Source: Candidatus Wildermuthbacteria bacterium RIFCSPHIGHO2_01_FULL_48_27b
Lineage (GTDB): Bacteria; Patescibacteriota; Minisyncoccia; Minisyncoccales; UBA10102
Direction: 5' to 3'
Assembly (NCBI GenBank): GCA_001824915.1
Contig: MHTS01000027.1
Coordinates: 1 to 53,359, forward strand
DNA length: 53,359 nucleotides
This document shows, one piece after another, positions 26,541 to 34,304 of the stretch. Position numbers and translations under genes: made by a program. Below the pieces are notes generated by a model that saw only the letters and a program-made list of their open reading frames with translations, was not told the origin of the DNA and did not search any database. Every line of letters begins with the position of its first letter. Position 1 is the first letter of the stretch.

Positions 26541-27551
26541 TCATTCACCCTTGTGCAACAAATATGCTGTTGCAATCTTATTTTGAAGAATGCGTGCATT
26601 CCCGTGCGAAAGAAGTCCCATATAAGAATGATAAACTGGGGTTTTGGGATTCTCTTTGATTCTTCTGCTCATTCTGTTCTTCGTACTCGTCCGCAATACC
26701 CTATGATCTGAAAAGTGTATCCAGCCAAGAAAATCAACACCAGAGCATAAAGTACCGATAGAAAGCTTCTTGGGATGCAAGATAAGGTGCAGTTTTTCTT
26801 GCAGGAAACTGCGAATCTCTGGGATTTGCTCGGCAAGCCAGGCGCGATTATCACAGAACAGCACAAAATCATCTGCGTATCGGAGATAGTATTTTGCTTT
26901 CAGTTTGTGCTTTGCGAACTGGTCAATTTCATTCATATATATGTTGCAGAAAAGCTGCGACGTAAGATTGCCCAAAGGCAACCCAACGTCAGGCCCTGTT
27001 GCATAAAAACTTGAAACCACCCTACCTAAGAGCCAAAGAATCTTTTCGTCTGGGATATATTTCCTTAAAATCTCCGTGAGAATCTTATGATCAACGCTCG
27101 CAAAGAATTTTTGGATGTCGCCTTTCAGTACCCAGCAGGTTTTCGTGTTGTTCTTGCTTACAACGTAAGAAAACGAACGAAACCGATTCAGGGCTTTATG
27201 CGTACCCTTGCCATTCCTACAAGAAAAAGAATCTGCAATAAACGTTCTGTCGAAAAATGGATAAAGTTGGCGGTAGATTGCGTGGTGAAGCAGTCGGTCC
27301 CGAATAGTTGCTTTGTGAATGTCCCTCGGTTTGGGGTCGCAGATCCGAAACGCCTGATATTCACCGTGCTTGTATACGCCATTGGCAAGGTCTCTATGGA
27401 GAGATAGAATGTTATCCATAAGGCGCAAAGAAAACTCCTGAACATCGCGCTTATTCCTTTTCCCTCTCATAAACTCCCTCCACGCCTCTAAAAGGTTTTC
27501 TACACTAACAATATCTTCAAATGTATGGCTGAACTGAATGTTCATACTCAT
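26541..27551 (-). CDS. DGR reverse transcriptase
   Basis: LPLGNLTSQLFCNIYMNEID (the DGR-specific GxxxSQ motif) and YLRYADDFVLF (YxDD). The start is most likely MSMNIQFSH at 27551, preceded by a G9 tract. The track ORF extends to 27704. Confidence 0.85.
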   Translation of the reverse strand: MSMNIQFSHTFEDIVSVENLLEAWREFMRGKRNKRDVQEFSLRLMDNILSLHRDLANGVYKHGEYQAFRICDPKPRDIHKATIRDRLLHHAIYRQLYPFFDRTFIADSFSCRNGKGTHKALNRFRSFSYVVSKNNTKTCWVLKGDIQKFFASVDHKILTEILRKYIPDEKILWLLGRVVSSFYATGPDVGLPLGNLTSQLFCNIYMNEIDQFAKHKLKAKYYLRYADDFVLFCDNRAWLAEQIPEIRSFLQEKLHLILHPKKLSIGTLCSGVDFLGWIHFSDHRVLRTSTKNRMSRRIKENPKTPVYHSYMGLLSHGNARILQNKIATAYLLHKGE

Positions 27552-27921
27552 AACGCCCCCCCCCGGTAGAGTTCTGCCTGTATTGCAAAAACTGGTAGCG
27601 GCATACAAGCTCTGGCATGAGTACCTGCCGCATTTTCCCAAAACTTCGCGGTACACGCTGGGCGAAAAGATTGATTCTCTCTTTGTGGAAATTGTTGAAT
27701 ACATTGTTGTCGCAAGTTATCTTTCCAAACAAGACAAACTGCCTTATTTAAAAAAAGCAACACTCAAGATCGACGTATTGAAATTCTTTTTGCAAGTTTC
27801 TTGGGAAATAAAAGCATTAGACACCAAGAAATATATCACACTTTCTGCGCATTTAGATGAAATTGGGAGGATGCTCGGCGGCTGGAGAAAAGGGCTTGAA
27901 AATAAAACTCTCACTTCATAA
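27538..27921 (+). CDS. avd: Avd-like accessory variability determinant (four-helix-bundle / 23S rRNA IVS protein family)
   Basis: LPVLQKLVAAYKLWHEYLPHFPKTSRYTLGEKIDSLFVEIVEYIV...LDEIGRMLGGW. It lies on the strand opposite RT and TR. The exact start is uncertain (ATG 27538 or downstream TTG 27583). Confidence 0.75.
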   Translation: MFILITPPPGRVLPVLQKLVAAYKLWHEYLPHFPKTSRYTLGEKIDSLFVEIVEYIVVASYLSKQDKLPYLKKATLKIDVLKFFLQVSWEIKALDTKKYITLSAHLDEIGRMLGGWRKGLENKTLTS

Positions 27922-27941
27922 GAAGCAAGAGAATACAGCAG

Positions 27942-28049
27942 TTTCGGGAAAACACCCGATTCTCGTCGTTCCATCTGTTCGGATTCTCAACCGAGTTGGC
28001 GTTCACGTTCCAGCCGTTGCCGTTCCAGTTCACGTTCACCGCGCGGAGC
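27942..28049 (-). repeat. DGR template region (TR)
   Basis: On the minus strand it encodes LRAVNVNWNGNGWNVNANSVENPNRWNDENRVFSRN, rich in AAC/AAT codons. It is 91/108 identical to VR. Confidence 0.85.
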
Positions 28050-28300
28050 TCTCGTACCGAAAGCCATCTCTGCCACCATCCCTTGAATACTCTCAGGATT
28101 GTATCGAATTTGGGACCTCAAAGTCCGCCAGCCTTCGGCACCAATTCCTGTATTTTTTGAGAACGCTTATCATACTCTTGCAGAAGATATATCCGCTGCA
28201 ACTCTCACGAAAAGCATTCTGAATTCGTGTCGGGGGAGCCGTAACCACCCCATTCTTACGAATTTATCTTTATCGTATCAAAATTTGGTGAAAAGAAAAT

Positions 28301-28331
28301 CCCTCGAGTTGCAGCGACTGCAACTCGAGGG
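28301..28331 (-). terminator. 14-bp perfect hairpin downstream of VR (target-gene terminator and/or DGR target-recognition hairpin)
   Basis: CCCTCGAGTTGCAG-CGA-CTGCAACTCGAGGG. On the minus strand it is followed by ATTTTCTTTT. It lies 29 nt after the target stop codon. Confidence 0.65.
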
Positions 28332-28359
28332 AAGGTTCCAAGGATCTAGATCAAAGGAT

Positions 28360-29016
28360 CTAAGATCCAGAGCCCAAGGAATTACGGGAAAACACCCGAG
28401 ACCCGGCGCTCCATCTGAACGGATCCTCAACCGAGTCGGCGTCCACGTACCAGCCGTTGCCGCCCCAGTGCACGCGCACCGCGCGGAGCGTCCCCTCGAT
28501 GTCAAGGCAATAAAAGATGTTCGCCAACCCGTTGGTGAGCAGAAGACCCTGTTCCCCGTTTGGCTGCTGCGCGAGAAGAGCGTGGATCTGGCTGAGCGTG
28601 GTTTCGGCGCACTCGCCGAGTTCCTCGAGAATCGGGCCGTCCACAGAACTCTTCGTGAGCTTCGCTATGCGAAGCTCGGTCTTAGCCATCGGCTTCTCGG
28701 TCTTGCTGCCGAACCACCCCCTGAATAGACCGCTCACCCAGACGATCTTTGGAGTGTCGCCAACCGAGAACTTCTCCTCGGCTATGAACAGTTCGGTAAT
28801 CGCCGGCACCGTCACCGTGCCGACCGTCTCTAAGAGTGGCGGGTTCAGTTGCCTGAGGCCGAGGAGTCGCCGGAACTCGTCCCGGCTTACCTTCGCAATG
28901 TTTGCGTCGCGGAGGTCAGCCAAGAATCCAGACGCAAGAAGCGCCTGAACTTGCTCTCGAGACGTATCCTCGAAGAGCTCCAGAACCTTTCCTGCCTGCT
29001 TAAGGGTCGCGTCCAT
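28360..29016 (-). CDS. DGR target protein with C-terminal variable region
   Basis: 218 aa, GC-rich, AAGGAGG SD. The C-terminus ...LRAVRVHWGGNGWYVDADSVEDPFRWSAGSRVFSRN corresponds to VR. Confidence 0.85.
   Translation of the reverse strand: MDATLKQAGKVLELFEDTSREQVQALLASGFLADLRDANIAKVSRDEFRRLLGLRQLNPPLLETVGTVTVPAITELFIAEEKFSVGDTPKIVWVSGLFRGWFGSKTEKPMAKTELRIAKLTKSSVDGPILEELGECAETTLSQIHALLAQQPNGEQGLLLTNGLANIFYCLDIEGTLRAVRVHWGGNGWYVDADSVEDPFRWSAGSRVFSRNSLGSGS
28382..28489 (-). repeat. DGR variable region (VR)
   Basis: 17 differences from TR. Every one lies where TR has A on the sense (minus) strand, giving N to R/H/G/Y/D/F/S and similar changes. Confidence 0.85.
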
Positions 29017-29152
29017 GCGAGTCCTCCTTTTTGGGCGTCGCTTTCCAGCGGGCCCGACTAGTCTTACTGGCTATATAATTTAAGGGTTTTCCCACCAGCA
29101 AGTGCTGGCGATACACTAACACGCTACCGGAAAAAAGTCAACTTTTTGGGCT

Positions 29153-29470
29153 TTATCGGAAACTCAAGCGGAATTGTTTGCCGGTTACTTCGGCGATGCG
29201 ATATAAAGTATCGATAGTAACGTTCTGTCTCCCGCTTTCGATGCGAGAGATAAACTCTCGTTTTACCGACATCTTTTTCGCAAGCTGCTCCTGGGAAAGA
29301 TGCATCTGCTTGCGCACTCTCCGAAGTTCCATTGCTGCCTTCAAGTACCGAACTCTCTCTTCAATTGCTTCGCGCTTCTTTTGAGAGTAGCCACGCCAAA
29401 TTTCCTCGCGTGGAATGAGGTCTCCTCTATCGATAGCCTGCTGTATTTTCTTTGGAAATCTTTTAGTCAT
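29153..29470 (-). CDS. XRE-family HTH antitoxin (HigA-like)
   Basis: LSQEQLAKKMSVKREFISRIESGRQNVTIDTLYRIAEVTG. 8-nt overlap with the upstream toxin gene. Confidence 0.8.
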   Translation of the reverse strand: MTKRFPKKIQQAIDRGDLIPREEIWRGYSQKKREAIEERVRYLKAAMELRRVRKQMHLSQEQLAKKMSVKREFISRIESGRQNVTIDTLYRIAEVTGKQFRLSFR

Positions 29471-29774
29471 ACTGTCTCGCTCGTTGTTGAGCTAATCTAA
29501 TATTTTTCAGTGAAGTTCTCTTAGTTTTCTTTTGGAAGAAATGGAGCAATGCAATAGAGTCTTTCATTACATACGCATAAAAACCTCGATATGCGCCCTC
29601 GTGAATAACCCGAATTTCAAAAAGATTTTTCGCTACTTTTCGTGCTTCCGGAAACTCAAGCTTCCCTTCTTCTGCCAAAACTTCGATATACGATTCAAAT
29701 TGCTCTTGGATTTCCTCTTTGAAACCGCGTAACTCCTTTGCCGCATTTTTGTCGTACAAAATCTCCTTACCCAT
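29463..29774 (-). CDS. RelE/ParE-superfamily toxin, Gp49/HigB-like
   Basis: LFEIRVIHEGAYRGFYAYVMKDSIALLHFFQKKTKRTSLKNIRLAQQR. The toxin-first gene order is typical of HigBA. Confidence 0.75.
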   Translation of the reverse strand: MGKEILYDKNAAKELRGFKEEIQEQFESYIEVLAEEGKLEFPEARKVAKNLFEIRVIHEGAYRGFYAYVMKDSIALLHFFQKKTKRTSLKNIRLAQQRARQYD

Positions 29775-29789
29775 AGTGTAACTTATAGG

Positions 29790-32700
29790 TTACTTCCTGT
29801 CAATAGCTATTCGCAACTTTCGAATACCGAGCCGAAGCGTTTTGCCTTCAGCAGAAAACTCCTGTTCAATATCGAACTCCTCTTTCGAGCTATCGCTCTC
29901 TTGCATCTCTTTTATGCCCACGGCAGGCATAATCATTTTTTGGTTATCGCGCAGGATTTTTTCCAGTTCCTCTGCGCCTTGGTAGCGCAAGTAAATCCTG
30001 TCCTGCGGCTTGTATCCCGCTTTCTTTCGCATTTCCTGGATATTGCGCAGGATCTCACGCAACAATCCTTCTTTTCGCAATTCGGGCGTAATTGTCGTAT
30101 CCAGTTCCACTTCTCCCTTCAGGTTTTTATCAAACACCACCTCCTTCACATTGAGCTCATCTGCCAAAAGATTTAAAAGATCTTTTGAAATTTTTAATTT
30201 CGAATTTTTAATTTTTAATGCTGCGAGAGGTTGGCGAACTTTGATGCCTGCTTTTGCGCGTTCTGCCAATCCCTTTACAACCAATTCCCGCACCTCTGCC
30301 ATTTCATCCTCAAGTTTCTTATCGAGGCCGGACTTGCCCCGCGTAGCTTTAGCGAAGTGGGGCCAATCTTCCCAGTGCACGCTTCTCCATCCTGAGCGCG
30401 TCGAAAGACCCTTACCCCCAACCTCGCCATATATATGTTCGCTCAAAAACGGAATAAAGGGCGCAGCCAGTTTGCTTGTTTCCAACAATACATATCCCAA
30501 AACGCCGCTTGCTTCCTGTAATTCTTTTTTGCTTGCTGGATTTTGTCTGGCTGCGCCAGATCCCGCGTAGCGGGAAAAGCGCTGTCGAGACCGCCGAATA
30601 TACCAGAGAGATAAGTCGTCAATCACAAAACTTTCAATTGCGCGCGCAGCTCCTGTAATGTCGTACCTATCGAAACTTTTTGTTGCATCTTTGATGGTCG
30701 AGTGCAGCCTGGAAATAATCCAGCTATCTAAGATATGTTCCGTTTTGAACTTTCTAGCCTTAGGGTTTGCTTGAGCATTGAGCCTTGGAGTTTGAGATTT
30801 TCTGTAGGTTTCGTAAAACACAAACGAATTCCACAGCGTCAAAATGAATTTGCGCATAGTTTGCTGCACATCTTTTTCTATGAACAGCTTGGGATCCCAT
30901 GGATGGTTTAACGTGAAAAAATACCAGCGTAAGGTATCCACACCGTACTTTTCAATCATATCCCATGGCCTAACCACATTCCCTTTGGATTTGGACATTT
31001 TCTCTCCTTTCTCATCTAAAATATGCCCAAGCGAAATGACATTCTTGTACGGCGCTTTCTGCCCAAGCAAAGTAGCAACTGCCAAAAGTGTGTAAAACCA
31101 CCCTCTTGTTTGATCAATGCCTTCCGTAATGTAATCTGCGGGGTATGGTTGAGGCGCCTTGATACGCCCTTGTTTATCCGCCGTAGCTTTGTCAGCCGCG
31201 GAGGCGAACGGCATAGATCCTGAATCAAACCATACATCCACCACGTCTTTTACGCGCTTCATTCGTCCTTTCTCACACTTCGCGCAGTCAAATTCGATCG
31301 CATCGATATATGGCCGGTGCAAATCGATTTCCATATCCTCGTTGTACGGAAAGCGGTGAAACGCAATGGAGCGCGCTTCTCCTGTTTCAATCGCTTTTTT
31401 CATACGAAACCGTATCGTTTCCTCCCGCGAATACCCTCGCATTAACCCTTCTAGCAAACTCAAAGGCAACTCATGGCTCACCAACAGAATCGTCTTGCCA
31501 GCATACTTTTCCTCCATATCTCCCATGAATTTATACACGCGCTTCTGCACATGGAGATACGTCTCCCCCTCGGGAGGGCCTTCTTGGAATCTTCTCAAAT
31601 AATGCTGAAGCGGTGTTTCGCCCTCTCTCCGAAAATACGCCCCAAACTCATCTACATGCTTCCCGTTAAATATACCCATGTCGCTCTCTCGGAGACCCTG
31701 ATCGTATTCCACCCTCAAACCAAGTTCGCCCGCCACAATTTCTGCCGTTTCTTTGGCACGCAGCAAATCAGAGGAAACAATCGTATCTATCTTTTTCTTT
31801 TTCAAAAGTTTGGCGAGTTTCTGAATCTGTTTCCTCCCTTTAGGCGTCAGCGGAGAAGGATTTTTTTCCGGCCAAGAGGCGCTTACATTTGTAAGCTGCC
31901 TCTGTGAATGCCCGTGCCGAAGAATATAATACGTATTGTTCGGCTTTTGCAGTTGCTCCAAGTCCCACGCAGAGCCAACCACTTCTCGATGGGCGCAGGT
32001 GCCGCACTCCCATACAGGCAAAGGAGTGCCCCAATAGCGCTCGCGGGAAAACGCCCAATCTTTTACCTCTGCTAACCATTCGCCCATTCTGCCGGTTTTA
32101 ATATGCGGCGGAACCCAGTTAATGCTCTTATTGCTGGCAATCAACTGCTTTTTCACCTTCTGCATGTTCACAAACCAGCTGTCTTTGGCGTAATACAGCA
32201 AAGGAGTGGAGCATCGCCAGCAAAACGGATATTCGTGCTCGTACAGTTCTTCTTTGTACAAAAGATTTCTTTTCTGGAGATCTTCAATAATCAAGGGTTC
32301 AACTTCCTTCACAAATACCCCTTTCCATTGTGGCACAAGCTCGTTGAATTTCCCTTCTTCGTCCACTGTGTGCTTTTTGGGCAACCCAAGTTTCGTACCC
32401 AACTGGTAGTCGTCTTCCCCATACATAACGGCTGTATGCACAATGCCGCTTCCCTCTTCGGTGGAAACAAAATCTGCAAGCGCGACGTAGTGCTTCTTCT
32501 CTGGTTGGTTTTTCAGAGAGTCAAAGAGTGGCTCATATTCCAAGCCTTCGAGTTCTTTCCCTAAAACTTCTTTCACGAGCTTATACTCACCCTCCAGATT
32601 TTTGAGAAGATTTTTCGCGATGATATATGTTTCTTCGCCTTGCTCAACAAAAGCGTAGCGGATCTTCTCTCCCACAGCGAGCGCCACGTTGCCGGGGAGC

Positions 32701-33401
32701 GTCCAGGGAGTTGTTGTCCAGGCAAGCAAAAAGGTTTTCTTTGGAGTTTGAGGTTTGGGATTTGCTTGAAACTTGAAACTTGAAACTTTAAACTTTACGA
32801 AAACGGAGTTTTCAGTAACGGTCTTGTACCCTTGCGCTAGCTCGTGCGAGGACTCTGGTGTTCCGCACCGCGGGCAATACGGCACCACTTTGTAATCCTT
32901 ATACAACAAACCCTTCCCCCAAAACTGCTTAATAATCCACCACAGGCCCTCCATATATTCTTTGTTGTAGGTAATGTATGGATTGTCGGTATCAAGCCAA
33001 AAGCCGATGCGCTGCGTTAAATCATCCCATTCCTTTTTGTACTCCCAAACCGATTGCTTGCATGCTTTATTGAATTTCGCAATGCCGTATTGCTCAATTT
33101 CTTTCTTGGAGCTAAGCCCGAGCTTTTTTTCAATTTGCAGTTCTACGGGAAGCCCATGCGTATCCCAACCAGCCTTTCTTCCCACATAAAATCCGCGCAT
33201 TGTTTTGTAGCGACATATAACATCCTTAAACGCGCGGGAAAGCACATGATGAATACCCGGACTCCCGTTCGCCGTTGGGGGCCCTTCATAAAACACAAAG
33301 CGCTTCCCCTTTTGGCGCTTTTGCAACGATTTCTCAAACGCTTTTTGCTCTTTCCAGCGCTTGAGTATTTGCTCTTCCAATCTCGGAAAATCCGCTTCCA
33401 T
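29790..33401 (-). CDS. ileS: isoleucine--tRNA ligase with an inserted histidine-phosphatase (PGAM-like) domain
   Basis: PTANGSPGIHHVLSRA (HIGH), KMSKSKGN, CP1 editing region and Zn-binding CxxC pairs. About 200 extra aa (residues ~487-690) lie between WECGTCAHREVVGS and EIDLHRPYID and carry the RHG, SSDLLRAKETA and LLVSHE motifs. Confidence 0.92.
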   Translation of the reverse strand: MEADFPRLEEQILKRWKEQKAFEKSLQKRQKGKRFVFYEGPPTANGSPGIHHVLSRAFKDVICRYKTMRGFYVGRKAGWDTHGLPVELQIEKKLGLSSKKEIEQYGIAKFNKACKQSVWEYKKEWDDLTQRIGFWLDTDNPYITYNKEYMEGLWWIIKQFWGKGLLYKDYKVVPYCPRCGTPESSHELAQGYKTVTENSVFVKFKVSSFKFQANPKPQTPKKTFLLAWTTTPWTLPGNVALAVGEKIRYAFVEQGEETYIIAKNLLKNLEGEYKLVKEVLGKELEGLEYEPLFDSLKNQPEKKHYVALADFVSTEEGSGIVHTAVMYGEDDYQLGTKLGLPKKHTVDEEGKFNELVPQWKGVFVKEVEPLIIEDLQKRNLLYKEELYEHEYPFCWRCSTPLLYYAKDSWFVNMQKVKKQLIASNKSINWVPPHIKTGRMGEWLAEVKDWAFSRERYWGTPLPVWECGTCAHREVVGSAWDLEQLQKPNNTYYILRHGHSQRQLTNVSASWPEKNPSPLTPKGRKQIQKLAKLLKKKKIDTIVSSDLLRAKETAEIVAGELGLRVEYDQGLRESDMGIFNGKHVDEFGAYFRREGETPLQHYLRRFQEGPPEGETYLHVQKRVYKFMGDMEEKYAGKTILLVSHELPLSLLEGLMRGYSREETIRFRMKKAIETGEARSIAFHRFPYNEDMEIDLHRPYIDAIEFDCAKCEKGRMKRVKDVVDVWFDSGSMPFASAADKATADKQGRIKAPQPYPADYITEGIDQTRGWFYTLLAVATLLGQKAPYKNVISLGHILDEKGEKMSKSKGNVVRPWDMIEKYGVDTLRWYFFTLNHPWDPKLFIEKDVQQTMRKFILTLWNSFVFYETYRKSQTPRLNAQANPKARKFKTEHILDSWIISRLHSTIKDATKSFDRYDITGAARAIESFVIDDLSLWYIRRSRQRFSRYAGSGAARQNPASKKELQEASGVLGYVLLETSKLAAPFIPFLSEHIYGEVGGKGLSTRSGWRSVHWEDWPHFAKATRGKSGLDKKLEDEMAEVRELVVKGLAERAKAGIKVRQPLAALKIKNSKLKISKDLLNLLADELNVKEVVFDKNLKGEVELDTTITPELRKEGLLREILRNIQEMRKKAGYKPQDRIYLRYQGAEELEKILRDNQKMIMPAVGIKEMQESDSSKEEFDIEQEFSAEGKTLRLGIRKLRIAIDRK

Positions 33402-33460
33402 AATACTTTAAGGTAGCATCTTCCCTACTTTCTTTCAATTATTAAACCTCAACTAAACGT

Positions 33461-33494
33461 ACTACTAAAAACCGCATATGCATATTTTCGTAGT
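33461..33494. promoter_or_regulatory. 34-nt imperfect palindrome upstream of ileS (candidate operator)
   Basis: ACTACTAAAAACCGCATATGCATATTTTCGTAGT. It matches the palindrome at 34093-34126 at 27/34 positions. Confidence 0.5.
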
Positions 33495-33508
33495 CGTCTC
33501 TTTTAAAA

Positions 33509-34081
33509 TTATAGCCCAAAGTATTCCTTAACCACTTTCTCGTTTGCGATCCTTTCGGCAATAATGAGACAAATTTCGTCCTCGGTAAGACCGAAAAATT
33601 CTTTCAAAAGTTTAATCTCACCATCGCATTTGTAAGGATGTATCCATACGCTTTTTTGGTAAAGGCAAAAACCCAACTCCTTTAGTTTCCCGCGCAAAGC
33701 CTCTCTCTTGATGCCTTTCGAGTTTTCGATATCAAACAATACAATCCTCCATTTCCCATCCCAGCGTTTTGGCTTATGGATTTCTAGAGAATTAATTTGA
33801 AATCTTCCCGCCTTCTTTTTGCCTTCCTCGGTAAGCGAAATATAAATCTGGCGATTGCGTTTCGTAATTTGAATATATCCCTGCCGACGTAACCTGAAAA
33901 AAGTATCATATACTTTCTTTCTCTCGTGATGTTTACGCTTTTGAAATTCTCTCACAAGGTTGGTGCCAAAATAGGGAGAAGTAGCCGCAATCGCGATCAA
34001 CCCTCCTACCATAATCCAGCCTAGAATATCTTTGGTAATTTCAGATTTAGGTTTCTTCAAATAATATTTGGACTTACTCAT
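33509..34081 (-). CDS. PaaX-like transcriptional regulator with N-terminal membrane segment
   Basis: C-terminus KRWDGKWRIVLFDIENSKGIKREALRGKLKELGFCLYQKSVWIHPY (PaaX C-terminal/Cas2-like fold), a central wHTH-like segment, and a hydrophobic segment ILGWIMVGGLIAIAATSPYF. Confidence 0.65.
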   Translation of the reverse strand: MSKSKYYLKKPKSEITKDILGWIMVGGLIAIAATSPYFGTNLVREFQKRKHHERKKVYDTFFRLRRQGYIQITKRNRQIYISLTEEGKKKAGRFQINSLEIHKPKRWDGKWRIVLFDIENSKGIKREALRGKLKELGFCLYQKSVWIHPYKCDGEIKLLKEFFGLTEDEICLIIAERIANEKVVKEYFGL

Positions 34082-34092
34082 AAGCTTATGCT

Positions 34093-34126
34093 ACTACGAA
34101 ATATTGCATATGCAATATTTCGTAGT
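34093..34126. promoter_or_regulatory. perfect 34-nt palindrome overlapping the promoter of the PaaX-like gene (candidate operator)
   Basis: ACTACGAAATATTGCAT|ATGCAATATTTCGTAGT, ending 12 nt before the ATG. It overlaps a TTGCAT-16-TAGCAT promoter-like pair. Confidence 0.55.
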
Positions 34127-34191
34127 TATTGTTTCAAAGATACAGCCCACGTGAATCAAATAGCGTGAATCAAATAACACGTAAATCAAAC

Positions 34192-34223
34192 AAAAAGCGC
34201 TCGGAGCATCACACTCCGAGCGC
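34192..34223 (-). terminator. rho-independent terminator after the 167-aa gene
   Basis: Minus strand: GCGCTCGGAG-TGTGATG-CTCCGAGCGC followed by TTTTTG. Confidence 0.75.
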
Positions 34224-34304
34224 ATCAAATGAACAACTTCCAGATACTATGTCCCGAGCGACACCGCATTGCGGCGCGCGTTTCAAAGAACCTACATATC
34301 CTTC

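Larger units (their letters stand above)
26541..29016 (-). mobile_element. diversity-generating retroelement (target gene with VR - TR - inverted avd - RT)
   Basis: A DGR-type RT, an Avd four-helix-bundle gene, and a 108-nt TR/VR pair whose 17 mismatches all lie at TR adenines. Confidence 0.85.

Noticed and set aside
26541-27704. The RT as a group II intron or retron reverse transcriptase, and the 51-codon N-terminal extension of the track ORF.
   Set aside because: The GxxxSQ motif, the adjacent Avd gene and the A-specific TR/VR pair identify it as a DGR RT. No intron domain V/VI or msr/msd-like structure was seen. The extension overlaps avd and lacks RT homology.
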